A stretch of 64,000 nucleotides of DNA from the human T2T-CHM13v2.0 reference genome, Homo sapiens. Both the position numbers and the translations under genes were made by a program. The notes beneath the pieces are model-generated. The model saw nothing but the letters and a program-made list of their open reading frames with translations, made no database searches and was not told the DNA's origin. The DNA lies in assembly GCF_009914755.1 (NCBI RefSeq), contig NC_060940.1; one strand, 5' to 3'. How positions within the stretch are numbered: position 1 is the first letter of the stretch; every line of letters starts with the position of its first letter. Shown piece after piece: positions 14,611 through 30,032 of the stretch.

Positions 14611-15627
14611 ATCACTTTAATGTGATGTGTTGGTATTAGAAAGGGAAAGCATTTCAAAAGCCCTCACCACAGTGTCATAAAGCTGGCTGCTCATGGTAAA
14701 CATTCCAAAGAATCCACCAACACAGTGTCCTTGGAGTCCGTCTGCGTGCCTGTGCCACTGCACCTTGCTTCTCTTGGTGAAAAATTCACCTCTTTGGACC
14801 CTGTGTTCACTCTTGTTGTTGTCCTCCCCTTAGATGAGGAAGGAGCAGGGCCATCCGTAAAAACAGAGTCATAGGGTGAAAACACATCACAGAGAATGCA
14901 AAAGGGTTATTTATAGTCCAGAGTGGGAAGCTGAAAAGACACTGTGAGAGGAACTTAATCGTTTCCCAGGGGATCAGGGAGAAGAGTGCACAGTGGTGAT
15001 GCCACGCTGCAGAGGGTCAAGGTTGCATACCAATTAAAATGACTTCCAGACACTTAACACACACATGGTACTTCGCTACAGACCGGTGACATGTTCCAGC
15101 CAGGAAGGAGAAAAAAAAAACAACTTCTGATGTCTCATGCCTCTGTCCCCCCCTTAAACAGTGAGGCAGCTGGGCTAACACTGTTGTTGCCAAACAACTC
15201 TAATAATTTCAGGTTCCATGATAATGAGTTGGTGGCCTTATAACTCTCGTTTGCATATCTTGGTACAAGGGAAAACATTCAGTCCAGTATGACTCTTTAA
15301 ATAGCCATCTATGCCAAGCCCCACATAAAAGGTGGGAGGGCTTGTTGATGTTCCCTTTTTCTGCAAACTCATTTGTGAAACTACATCAATTACAGTTCAA
15401 TCAGTTCTCCCATTCTTTTTTCTTCTCATTAAACTTACGCCTTTCTGCTTAGTTAGGAGAGGACTGTAAACTCAGCTTAAGCAAAAATAAGAAAAATAAG
15501 AAGGACTTATTCATTCTCATGAAACCTATGTGTCTAAGGGTAGGAGACTGCCTTTTTGGTGTGCCTAAACCTGTGCCCCTGAGAAACTCTCTGCTTCTCA
15601 AAACTGCTTTCATCTTTGTTGGTTTCC

Positions 15628-16066
15628 TTTTTTTTTTTTTTTTTTTTTAATAACTTTCATTTTAAACTCAAGGTTACAAATGTACTGTTTTTACATAGGT
15701 AAACCTGTGTCATGGGGACTTGTTGTACAGATGATTTCATCATCCAGATGGTAATCCTAGTACCCATTAGTTATTTTTCCTGATTGTCTCCCTCCTCCCA
15801 CCCTCCACCCTACAATAGGCCGCAGTTTGTGTTGTTCCCCTCTGTGTGTCCACGTGTTCTCATGGTTTAAGTCCCAGTTTTAAGTGAGAACAAGCAATAT
15901 TTGATTTTCTGTTCCTGCGTTAGTTTGCTAAGTGTAATGGCCTCCACTTCCATCCATGTTCCTGCAAAGGACATAATCTTATTCTTTCTTATGGCTGCAT
16001 AGCATTCCATGGTGCATATGGACCACATTTTCTTTATCCAGTCTATCATTGGTAGGCATTTAGGTT
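15628..16066 (-). mobile_element. Older L1P 3' end
   Basis: Poly-T, 3'UTR, ORF2 C-terminal peptide MIDWIKKMWSICTMECYAAI. Confidence 0.95.
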
Positions 16067-16752
16067 AAACTGAAATCATAACAAACAGTCTCTTGCACCA
16101 CAGCATAACTAAATTCAAAATCAGTCAGAATTCACTCAAAACCATACAGTTACATGGAAATTGAATAACCTGTTCCTAGATGACTTCTGGGTCAATAATG
16201 AAATTAAGGCAGAAATCAAGAAGTTCTTTGAAACTAATGAGAACAAAGATAAAATATACCAGAATCTCTGAGACGCAGCTAAGGCAGTGTTAAGAGGGAA
16301 ATGTATAGCACTAAATGCCCACATCCAAAAGTTAGAAAGATCTCAAGGTAACAAGTTAACAACACAATTAAAAGAACTGGAGAAACAAGAGCAAACAAAT
16401 CCCAAAGCTAGCAGAAGACAGGAAATAACCAAAATCGGAGCTGAACTGAAAGAGATAGACACGAAAAACCATTCAAAAGATCAATGAATCCGGGAGCTAT
16501 TTTTTTTTAAACAACAACAATAACAACAACAAAACAAACGATTAGCTAGATGAATAAAGAAGAAAAGGTAGAAGATTCAAGTAAACATAATCAGAAATGA
16601 CAAGGGGGAATATTACCCCTGGGCCCACAGAAATACAAACAACCATCACAAGATTATGAAACCCTCTCTGCACATAAACTAGAAACTCTGAAAGAAATGG
16701 ATAAATTCCTGGACGCATAGATCCTCCCCAGACTGATTTACAGGAAGAAATT
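16067..16752 (+). mobile_element. L1 ORF2 N-terminal region fragment (end of endonuclease domain onward), opposite orientation
   Basis: Peptide [19 protein letters not shown]...[21 protein letters not shown]. Confidence 0.95.
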
Positions 16753-16810
16753 TGTTTTACTTTCAAGCACGTTCTCATATTGTCACCAAAGCTCCACACT
16801 TAAAATCCCT

Positions 16811-17592
<782 letters not shown>

Positions 17593-18160
17593 CATATTAC
17601 TGTATCAACCCCATTGCAAACAGAGCAAACCCCAGAAATACTGGGCTAATGCTCGTTAGCTCTGATCACCTGGCCTGACTCACAGATCAACCTTTAGGCT
17701 AATCACTGCAGCTAGAAGGACATGTGGCAACCCCAGATAAAGAACATACCATTTAAAGACCACACACATCACACAAAACCTATTGAGAGACGCTTGACGA
17801 ACAAGGTTTGTGCTCAGTGTGTTAAGTGGATGACATGATTTAAAAAAAAAGTAACTGAAGAGCTAAGAGAGAGTTATGGTGGAAGAAGTCGTTACACAAA
17901 GGTGCTACATAATTGCTGCTAGGTTCGTGTTAGCCAAAGGGGCTTACACCATTTTCAAGCCTTTACAAGACCTGAGAGTGATGTGTTGGTTTGAGTTGGT
18001 GTTTATGTGGAAAGGGAATATGTATGGAATATTATTAAATAGTTTTACTGAATTATTGGCATATTGTAGGCATTCCTTAAGTACTTTATTGAATGATAGC
18101 ACAAAATATTGCTGAATATTTTTGCTACATTCTTGGCAGGTTGTAGGCATCTCTTAAGTA

Positions 18161-18540
18161 TAGTTCTGCACCACATAATGACGTTTCAGTCAACAGCAGA
18201 CTACATATATGACTGTGGTCCTATAAGATTATAATGGAATTGCCCTATACAGATGTATAATTTTTTATCTTTTATATTTTTATCGTACCTTTTCTATGTA
18301 TAGATAGATTTAGATACGTAGTACTTACCTTTTAATGACAGTTGCCTACGGTATTCAGTACAGTAACAAGCTGTACAGGCTTGTAGTCTAGGAGCAATAG
18401 GCTAGACCATATAGAGTGTGTGTGTGTAGTAGGCTACACCATCTAGGTTTGTATAACTGCACCGTGTGATGTTGTCACAAGGATGAAATCACCTAACGAT
18501 GCATTTCTTAGAATGTATCCTGACTCTTAAAGCAACATTT
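18161..18540 (-). mobile_element. Tigger3a (TcMar) DNA transposon
   Basis: gcaccacataatgacgtttcagtcaac...taggagcaataggcta...catctaggtttgt...gcatttct. Confidence 0.85.
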
Positions 18541-19384
18541 GTGGTTTATTGACTGAAGGGATAAAAAATAAATAAATGAATATATGAATACAAAACAATT
18601 TTTAGAAGATAAATGAATGAGTGAGCAATTTGTCCTTCTCTTTCCTCCTGAGATTTTCTATTTTTAAAAGTGTGCTTGTATTTTTGTCTTTATATTTAAA
18701 TAATGATTTAAATGATTTATTTAATACTGAAGCCACTGATGAGCTGAGAACTCATAACACATTGCTAGGCACAGAGCAAATGTGAAATTTAGTTTTTGTT
18801 GTTTTTATCCACATGTTGTTCTGCCAAGTTGGGCAACATAATGCCCCCTCAGAATGCTAGTTAATGCACTTAATTCTCTCAGGGTCTTCTTACTTTAGAC
18901 TCTTTGACATCCTTGGGCAATTAAAGATTAGCTATTTTAATGAACACACCACATCTTTTACAAAGCCTCTTTGGCAAAAGACCTTTGTCAGTCCGCCATC
19001 GACATATATTGCAAATTACCTGCTGTGTCCCTTGAAGTATTATGGAAACGGGAAACATATGGGTGGACTGGCACAGGCTCTGCATACCCCATTCCAGAAG
19101 CTTACATTGTAGTAAGGCAATATCAAAACATGCATGCAAATGAATTAGGTTAGTCAATTTGAGATTATCTGGGAGGGGGCTGCTTTTGTGCACAAGACAG
19201 AGCTAACCTGGAATTTGAAAGGTGCAGTTGGGCTTAGCTGTTTCAGTGACAGTGGGGAGCAGAGATGCTGAGAAGGGCCTGAGAAGGACAGTGAAACCCA
19301 AATGACAGCTCAAGTGTTCTGATTGTCACTTTCATGCAACCCCTGGTACTGAGTCCATGCTGCATATTGTTAGGTGAAAATTCT

Positions 19385-19992
19385 TTTTTTTTTTATTATA
19401 CTTTAAGTTTTAGGGTACATGTGCACAATGTGCAGGTTAGTTACATATGCATACGTTTGCCATGTTGGTGTGCTGCACTCATTAACTCGTCATTTAACAT
19501 TAGGTATATCTCCTAATGCTATCCCTCCCCCTGCCCCACACCCCACAACAGGCCCCGGTGTCTAATGTTCCCCTTCCTGTGTCCATGTGTTCTCATCGTT
19601 CAGTTCTCACCTATGAGTGAGAACATGCGGTGTTTGGTTTTTTGTCCTTGCGATAGTTTGCTGAGAATGATGGTTTCCAGCTTCATCCATGTCCCTACAA
19701 AGGATATGAACTCATCCTTTTTTATGGCTGCATAGTATTCTATGGTGTATATGTGCCACATTTTCTTAATCCAGTCTATCATTGTTGGACATTTGGGTTG
19801 GTTCCAAGTCTTTGCTATTGTGAATAGTGCCGCAATAAACATGTGTGCATGTGTCTTTATAGCAGCATGATTTATAATCCTTTGGGTATATACCCAGTAG
19901 TGGGATTGCTGGGTCAAATGGTATTTCTAGTTCTAGATCCCTGAGGAGTCGCCACACTGACTTCCACAGTGGTTGAACTAGTTTACAGTCCC
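19385..19992 (-). mobile_element. Young L1PA 3' end, 5'-truncated, with 17-bp perfect TSD
   Basis: ORF2 C-terminal peptides; TSD tgttaggtgaaaattct at 19368-19384 and 19993-20009. Confidence 0.97.
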
Positions 19993-20818
19993 TGTTAGGT
20001 GAAAATTCTATGGTCCATTTCACAACTACGTACCACAGAAAAGGGAGATACGGACAACACTGGAAAAACAAAATATAAGTATGCAAAGGAACACAGACTT
20101 GGATATGAGGAAGGGGCATAAATGCTATATTTAAGCACATGGTTACTGCCTTTCCTAAGGAGTAAGCCAGGAAAAGAAACTTTGGGTCAGTTAAATATCT
20201 CGTTGCTTCCTTTGCAAAAGTACCTTTTAATAGTCTGTTTTTAGAGTTGTTTAAAAAGAAAAAACTGTCCCTTGCCTACTTTAAATTCTTGACATTTTTT
20301 TCTGGTTTTGGTGAGATCAGGGTTTTTGCAGGGCAGTATCCTTCATTATATATGTCAGAAGGCTGAGAAATGAGTGGGGATGGTGAATCAACCACAGCCC
20401 TTCTGAATTTCTCACAAGGTAATCTACCTAAGAGAACATACCAGTTTCCACCCACCTTTGTTTTGGTTAGAGTGATATTTTGTCCCTTGGCAGTGAGGAC
20501 GTCTTTCCTTCACATGATTTTTGTAAGACTGTACCCTAAAAGTAGCCACAGTGCAGCTGTGTTTTATATGAAAACAAATGGGGTTTTGTTGGGTACATTT
20601 TGTGGCATTTCTTGAGGTCACCAGAAACTCCTAGAGGTCGTTGTAAAACAAAGAAAGAAGAAGAAAAAGGCTGGAAACTCACTCCTCCTGCTGTTCTTAT
20701 GTCAAGTCAGTGAAGGCAATTCTTTAATTTTTTCATTTTTTCAGTGAATACTTAGCACATACCATGTATAACCCCCCATGTAAGACCAGCCCTTTGTCTT
20801 CTAAGAAATGACATTCTG

Positions 20819-21119
20819 GGCTGGACGCGGTTGCTCACGCCTGTAATCCCAGCACTTTGGTCGAGGTCGAGGCAGGTGGATCACTTGAGGTCAGGAGTTT
20901 GAGACCAGCCTGGCCAACATGGTGAAACCCCATCTCTACTAAAAATACAAAAATTAGCTGGGTGTGGTGTCGCAGGCTTATAATCCCAGCTGTTTGGGAG
21001 GCTGAGGCTAGAGAATCTCTTTAACCTGGGAGGCAAAAGTTGCAGTGAGTCAAGATCGTGCCATTGCACTCCATCCTCGGCCACCAACCCTATCTAAAAA
21101 AAAAAAAAAAAAAAAAAAA
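20819..21119 (+). mobile_element. AluS
   Basis: Dimer with A tail. Confidence 0.95.
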
Positions 21120-22230
21120 GGTATTCTGGTGGATAGTGGGGGAGTGGCACACCCCCAAAACAATTTCACAAACAATTATTTAATTGCAGTTGGGTTAAGT
21201 GCTAAAGTGAGAAGGACACAGAATAGAGTCGATTTAAATTAGAAAGAACTAAAAAATGTAGCTAATTTCTTCATTCCTGTAACTCTGGGTTTGAGACAAC
21301 AACAATTTGAGTGAATCAGTGAATGACTGCATAGATGGCATGTATAGGTGTCAAGTAAAAATCGTCTTGTAGCTAAATCCTCAGTTGTGAAATGGGATAC
21401 AAAGTCCAAGCTCCTTTCCTTTTCTAGGTATTTCTGATGGGATTCACTCAGTTCGTTAAAACTTTAAGAAAGCCCTCTCTGTCTGTTATTTTTCTCTCTG
21501 CCTACTCAGATGCTTCCTCCATTCTAACTATGGTAGAGGCCAACCTTGTCATGATTTTCAGAACTATGTAGTTCCCCACCGCCCCCGCCCCAAGAAATGC
21601 AGAGCAATCTGCCTTATCAGTATCTCTTCCAATTAATGTAATCTTGTTTCTGTTATTTCCACCATATTTTTCAATCCAGTGAGCCTCATTACATTTGCAA
21701 GTGCATTAAATTAGAGCCTCTATAGAAGGAGAATGATGATTATCAGCTAATTTAATTATGTTTCTACATTTGCAGCATTTAATGATGTCTGCCATTGTTG
21801 TTGGGGATTCTTACATTGGCTCCAGGTAGAAATTAGCTCTGATCCCATGTAAAGTTTACGTTATCAGATAATACTTGAGAGCTCATTGAGGTACATGTTC
21901 AGTAATTTTTGAATCTAATCAAAATTGATTTATGTGCAATCAAATTATAGGAATAAAGAAACAGCTTCACCTAATTTAGTTGCCGATTATAGTGTTGCCT
22001 GCCTCTGAAGTCACACCAATATGCGTCTCTTAGTTTTGTACCAACATTGCATCAAGGCCTAAAATTCTGCAGGTTTTTTTTTTTTTTTTTCCCAAATTGC
22101 ATAGTTGGTTCTGTATTTCTGACCTTCTGCTGTCCATCAGATTGAACATTTATGCCCTCTGATTTTGTGTCCTGTTCAACAAATGTTGCCCGGGTGTCCT
22201 TTAAGTGTTGGCCATGTGACTCTTGCACTA

Positions 22231-22725
<495 letters not shown>

Positions 22726-22789
22726 AAAGTATAGAATTCAGTTTATCACCAGTGAGGCTGTGTTGTAAACATGCTTTTATGTTTAACAA

Positions 22790-23030
22790 GCACTTTAGTC
22801 ATAGTTATTTTGTGCCAGACACAAATTGGAAGGACCTTATACACAAAGGCCCTTTGAATTGTTATGATAGCCTAAATACAAACTATTATTATCCTCCATG
22901 CACAGTTTATAGACGAAGAAACTGAGGCACAGAAGGCTGGGCTATGTTGCCGAAGACTACCCATCTGCCTTCTGAAAGAACCAGGGTTCTAGTCCTGGCG
23001 GTCTGGCTCTAAAATCCATGGCCGCTGAAC
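22790..23030 (-). mobile_element. MIR
   Basis: tgtgccagac...tttatagacgaagaaactgaggcacag...tctggctc. Confidence 0.7.
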
Positions 23031-24339
23031 ACAAAGTCCTATTGTGCCTCCCAAAGCTGAAATTAGCATTCTGTCATCCAACCCGCATTACTCCTACAAC
23101 CATATCTAGATCTTGGGATGGGCAGAGTAGTTTGGAGGATATTGGTCCAGCACAGGGGAATGAGATGGGGCTTTGAAGCTGGCCTCTAGAAGGCGGGGCC
23201 CTGAAACGTCCCTACTTAGGTGTGCTTACCTGTTCTAGGTATACCTTACCTACTCTAGGTGAGCTTAGGACATACGGATCAAAAGCAAAACATGCACTGC
23301 TTGGAGGAAGTGAGACAGAGAAAGAGAGATGGAGAGAAAGAAAAACTTTTCCATTTTGAAAAGTTACCCATCAGAAAAGTCTCTATGATGTTGATTGGGT
23401 GAGGAAGAATATTGGAAACTTGCTCCCTGAAACAGTCATAACACAGTGGAGGATTTGAGTAAGTCTCTAGGTCTCAAAGGAGGAAGCAGGAAGGATGAGA
23501 AGATAAGAACTATGAACGCTAGACTGAGAATATACTATTAACGCCTATACTTAAGAATATAAGGTGTTCTTGAGACATGTGATAAAGTAACTTTCCAGAA
23601 AAATGAGCAGCACACTGTGAAAACAAAGACGCAAAAGTGAGGTGTCAGTCATCCCCCCTCTGAGGCCGGAGGGAGGGTGGAGATTTGGTGCAGGTCGAAA
23701 CTGAAGCCAATTGATAAAATGCTGTGTGTGCCCTACAAGGAAGAGAGAAGGTTTGAATAAAATAAAGTGTGTCTCAGTACAAAAGGAGAAGTTTCACAAA
23801 GCATTTAGACATCTTATAAAATGGAGTTGCTTCATCACTCCCTAAAGGGGCCATCCTCAACTGTCTCCTGTTCAAGGCCCACTCTCAGCCTCGCTGGATG
23901 TCAACAGCCATAACCATGTGATTGTTACTGCAGCAGAGCAATGTCTCCAAGTGTGCAAAGGACATCTCTGGGTCACTGAGCGTGAATGTCCATGAGCCCA
24001 GCCAGGCTCCCTTCTCTGTTCAGGAGGCAAAGTTTTTCCACTTCGCAGTCCCCAAGATGTCTCTGTGATACTGGTATGGCGTTACCTTCTGCCTCTTCCT
24101 GCTTACGGGTACCTTGGTCATCTCACCAGTCTCCCTGGGGGTTAGCATCTTAGGAATGTGTACTCAATGACAGCCAACGTAAATTTTGCACCTTGCTCAA
24201 AATTTGACTGCTTTCCCGTTAACGGTTCATTAATTGAAAACTACCGGTATCTTCCTAAACCTAGAGTGTGTCCCAACAGCAGGATGTGATTTTATGTTTT
24301 GTGGTACATGGACATGCATTTTGTTGTAATTGCAGATGT

Positions 24340-24720
24340 ATATGTATGAGGCTGGTTTTCAAATATAGAAAATATGAAAGAATCATAATATACTATATAC
24401 CCAGCATTAAGATGTTACAATTCACATTTTTATCATATTTGTTTTATCTCTTATATATCCATCACTTCATCTACCAATCCACCTCATTTTGTTTTTTTAT
24501 GCATTTCAAAGTGACTTGCATCAGTATCTTTCACCCTTCAGCAGGGTGTAAATCTTTAATGAGAGCTCATGGTTTGTTTGTGGTCTTTTATTTTTCTGAG
24601 GTAAAATTTATTGATACTGAAATATACAAACCTTGAAGGGACCGTTTGATGAGGTTTGACAGCTGAGTACACTTTTGTAACACGAAGCTCTGTGAAGATA
24701 TAGAACTGTCATTCTTCCAA
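24340..24720 (-). mobile_element. Old L1M 3' fragments
   Basis: tgaggtaaaattta...gatgaggtttgaca...aagatatagaac. Confidence 0.55.
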
Positions 24721-24726
24721 AGTTTA

Positions 24727-25056
<330 letters not shown>

Positions 25057-26339
25057 TTACATATATGTGTGTATAATTTACATTGATAAGAATAATGCAG
25101 TATGCAGATGTAGCAGAATTTGTAATTGTGATGGAAGTTCTTCTGTATTTGGCAATTACAGGCCTAGGGAAAAGGTAACCTCATCCCATTAGCATTGTCT
25201 TCAAAAAGAACACGAGCATATAAAATGTGCGAGGCTACACTGATGTAACGTCCAAGATAAATGGAAAGAAACACAGTGTTGCTCGTTTAATTGAGGATGT
25301 TTAACGACTTTTGGCCCTGAGAGTACCAACAGCTACAATTTTTCAAAGTCAGCCTTGATTTATGTTTTATTTTTTAAGTACTCATTAATGTCACAAATAG
25401 TTAAGTTGGGATCAGCTGTCTTCATTTACAAAAAATGGGTTATACTTTCATCTTTTGACCCTGAAACGTGTAGATAAAAATCAACATTAATTGGCAGGAT
25501 GAATGAGGGTGGTTAGGGTGGGTGTCTGGCTGCAAGATTCTTAGAGTATTGGGAGAGATGCTCAGAGCCCCTTAACTGGAGATGACAACGAGATTTTAAT
25601 TAACAGCAGGTGAGTCTTGTGGTCAGCCATTTGACATATAGGTGGATCACAAAATAGCCTTTCCTTTCTAACCACATTTATTTCTAGCTTAATTAGTCCT
25701 TCTGAGATAGCTTCGCTATTAGCCACAGCCTCTCCATTTAAGATCCTTTTAATCAGACGTTTTATTTTTTTATTTTTTATTCTTCTCATTTTAGCACTAG
25801 CTTAATGTTATGAAGGACCTGGACTAACTCATTTTAATGACCTCTGCTACATAAATGCTAATTTTACATTTGGCCTTATTTCGGTAGGTTTTTTTTTTTT
25901 TAAAAAAAAAAAAAGACCATTGCTTTCAGAAGGAGAAAAATGGAAAGATTAAACCCCTTAGTGTCATCTGCCTGAAAAATCCTGTGGTTTCTTCTGACAG
26001 GAAGAGGGTTTTCAAATCCCTCCTTGGTCTAAGCTTCTGTGCTTGACATCTCATTATTTTACTCAGCTACTTCAGCATCACCTTCACCCAGTTAATTAAG
26101 TAACTCATTGAATGTATTATTCAGTTTTGATTCCCCTGTCTGTGACAGAGAGGGATGGAAGATGCTTCTTCATCCTTCTTCTCCTGCCTTTTTCTCTTCT
26201 GCCCACACCCAAGGAATGGAAAAGAGAAAGGAGAGGAGAGAAGACATTAATTTCAAAATCCATCCATCCATCCATGCATCCATCCATTTCTGCAGCAGAT
26301 TGTTTGATGTTTTTAATGATACTCAAAAGAAAGTGAAGT

Positions 26340-26580
26340 TGATGATGGTAAGGTTAATGGTCATAGGTCTTAATGGTGATATAACATCAGTTTGCACCAG
26401 GCACTGTTAAAATTTCCTTCTAACATGGTCTTATTTCGTACTTAAAACAGCCTGATGAGGTAAGCACTATTCATAAGGCCACTTTACAGGTTAAGAAAGC
26501 TAAGATCTAGTCAACTAATTTGTTCAAGTCTCCTTGCTAGTAGGAATCAGAAACCCAATTTGGGCCCAGAACTAGCTGAT
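26340..26580 (-). mobile_element. MIR
   Basis: ccaggcactgtt...gaggtaagcactatt...tttacaggttaagaaagctaag. Confidence 0.6.
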
Positions 26581-27429
26581 TGGTAATACTTATATTCCCT
26601 ACAGCATTTCTGTTAAGTATCTCCATGTTTGTAGTCAAGTTTAAATTCCTAAAATTTAAGCTGCAATTTATGATGAAAATACCATGAGAAGGAGGTTCAA
26701 ATTGTAGTTGACCTATGTTACCCGACCTGCTCGTTACAGGAGTTAAGAAAGAAACTTGACTTCCTCTAGGGCAGTAGTCCTCAAACCCCAAGGACCAGGA
26801 CATTTGGCCAAACAGCTATGATAAATGCTGCTTTATTTGAGTACATTAGACTTCAATTAAAAAAATGTTTTAAAGTACCTTATTGAATGCATTTAGATTT
26901 GGGGGAGGGAAGGAGGCTATACTTGGACCTAACTCCTTGGTTGTCAACCCAGCTGGAAATAAGCAAGACATGATGTTTAATATGAATGAAAGTAGAGAGA
27001 GAGGGCATTTGGAGGGGGGTTGGTGCAGAGGGAAGCAGAAAGAATTACTAACATGAAAAGGCAGATAGAAAATTTAGAAGGTCAAAGGCAGAGTAATTGA
27101 AATAGAGCCTCGGAAATTGTGAATCTGAGAAAGAACTGGAGGTTAAGTGATAGGTAAGAAGGAAGATAAGGACAAGTAAAGGGATGGAATAAAACCAAAA
27201 ATGGGGGGTGAGTGTGTGTGTGTGTACGAGAGACAGAGATGCATTTTAATGCATATTTAAGAAAAAGGAAAGTAGAACCTTATAAAGAAGATGAAGTAGA
27301 AATATTTTTTAGAAAACACTTTTTATTATGAAACATATTTTTTTTTTTGTAAGGGAAAGTTCCCAGTGACAGAGTGAGCTGTGTAGCAACGTGTGTAAAA
27401 AGCAGACATCACATTCTTAAAGTTACTCC

Positions 27430-27960
27430 ATTCGCTCCTGAACAAATATTAAGTGGAGGTTTTGTTCTGGGTGTCAGAATACAGCATGGAAAAAAGACAA
27501 AGGAAAGTCTCTGCTTTCATGGAGCTAAGAAGCTAGTTGATGTGGAGATAGAAAAATAAACAAGGAAATCAAGGTTATCAATGCAAATAATGGTACGTGC
27601 AATAAAGAAAACAGAACAGAGAGGATAAAGCATTGCTGGCTGGGGGAAGAGCTCACTGATGAGCTGGTGTCTGAACTGACCTTGGGGTAGGGAGGAGGAG
27701 CAGCCACCGGGAGGCTCAGAGCAGCAGCTCTGCAGGGGGCGGGGGTAGAGCGGGTGCATGCAAACACCCCAAGGTGGCCACAAACTTAATGCATTTGAGA
27801 AGCTGTAAGAAGGTCATTGTAGCCAAAGAGGAGTGAGCAGGAAAAGGTAGGAGAGGTCAGTAGCGAAATGGGCAAAGAGCTATGTTGGGAGCTGGGTTTA
27901 TTCTCAATGGAAGGAGAGGCCATTAGGGTTTCAAATAGAGAAATCACACTCTATTTGGAT
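27430..27960 (-). mobile_element. L2
   Basis: aacaaatatt...ctttcatggagct...gagctcactgatgag...gggtttattctcaatg. Confidence 0.65.
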
Positions 27961-29204
27961 AATGTTTGGATAATGTTTGGACAATGTTTAGTAAGGATGT
28001 GCTGGAAGGAGGTGCTGGGTTTGGTTTCTGAGTCTGTCCCTTGTTAATTGTGTGTCCTGGACACAGTTACTGCATCTCTGTGATCCTTCACTTCCTCCTC
28101 CTTGAAGACACTTAACTGCATCGGGTTTCTGTAGAAGGAAAGCTGGAAGAACTTTAGAGTCTGTTTTCCCTGCATGCTAGCTACAAACTGAAACCATCGC
28201 AAACAACAAGGTCAAAACATCTGTGAAACCTTGCACCAGTTGTAATAAAGATAGCCAGGGAGAAAGAAAAAAAAAAAAGGTCTGAACTTGTTGGAGAAAC
28301 AAAAGGACCTCATAAACAGTATGGAGACCAGTTGTGTGTTGTCATCAGTGACTTACCTGAGAATGATATTCCTGTGGTTATGAGGATAGTGTTACAGTAT
28401 TTCCTTGGCTAAGTGTCTGTGGCTGTTATCCATGTGCAGAATAAAAGTCCACTTGGGGAGGAGACAGAGGCTCCTGTCTTTTACCAATGTTGATGGATTT
28501 CAGTGGAACAAAAATGAGTCTCTTGAGGTTAGAAGGCAGGCCTGGCCATGGGTGTTTTGCTTGAGCTATTCCACTCATGACACTGGGCCTGACTGATATC
28601 CGGCGAAGGCCTTCTTTGGCTGAAGTGCTTGCCAGGCCTAACCAACCTGGAATTTATTGATAAAGCTTAAGCAGCCGCAAGGCCTATGACCTCAAAGAGT
28701 GACTTAGGCTGACTTTATCAGCCTTGGCTCTTCTTTTCATTATATTTGCTATTACTGGAGCTGCTCTCTTTTCTTAAAACCTGTTAACCTTATACAAGGG
28801 GATGGGACCATTTGAGCTCTCAGACAGGATGCTGATGGGAAATTGTAAGCCTTCGAAATAGGTTGAGAGCTTCCTGTTGTTTGGGTTCTGGCAGAGGTTA
28901 CAAAAATAAATAAATAAATATAAAAAGGAGAGGGATGGGGAGACATTGAAAAATAAATACTTGATGTGTTTTCCTGGAGTTGAGCTGGCTTCTTCCTGGG
29001 ACATGCTTTTTTCCAGCCCTTGGAAGAAAGTTGCAGCGATTGTGCCCACTTCACAGATGCAGCTGACGTGCACCCCTGTGCTGCGTGGGGATCTTAGCAG
29101 GGCAGGTCAGATGTCCAGAACTACTTACATCCTCACATCAGTGGCTTATAGACCAAGAAACAGTCCTCTCCAATAGGTGCACAGAAAGTGTTCTTGAGTC
29201 TTTA

Positions 29205-29523
<319 letters not shown>

Positions 29524-29656
29524 CATGTTCTGGAGTCTTTAAATCAACAGACTGTTTAACTTGGCTAAAGGAAGTCAAGTAGTTACTTGGTTTCCAGCCA
29601 GTTACGGATGGCTGTAATTAGCCACATGTTTTAGTGACTTTGGAATCGAGGCTCTA

Positions 29657-29950
29657 GCCAGGCGCTGTAGCTCATGCCTGTAATCCTTAGGCTTTGGGAG
29701 GCTGAGGCAGGAAGATCACTTGAGTTGAGGAGTTTGAGACTAGCCTGGGCAACACGGAAAGATGTATCTCTATAAAAAAATAAAAATAAATTAGCCATGC
29801 ATGGTGGTGCATGCCTGTAGTCCTAGCGACTCAGGAGGCTGAGGTAGGTGGGAGGATTGCTTGAGGCCAGGGGGTGGAGGCTACCATAAGCGATGACCGC
29901 ACTACTGCTGTCCAGACTGGACAACATGAGTAAGACCCCATCTCAAAGAA
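29657..29950 (+). mobile_element. AluJ
   Basis: Diverged dimer. Confidence 0.9.
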
Positions 29951-29995
29951 ATCCAGGCTTTGTGTAAACCGATGCATTTCTTATTGAATAAACCT

Positions 29996-30032
29996 ACACA
30001 CACACATACACACACACATACACATACACACA
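29996..30032. repeat. Interrupted (CA)n
   Basis: Direct inspection. Confidence 0.9.

Noticed and set aside
16287-16487. Functional L1 ORF2
   Set aside because: Short fragment broken by stops and frameshifts, with no 5'UTR or ORF1.
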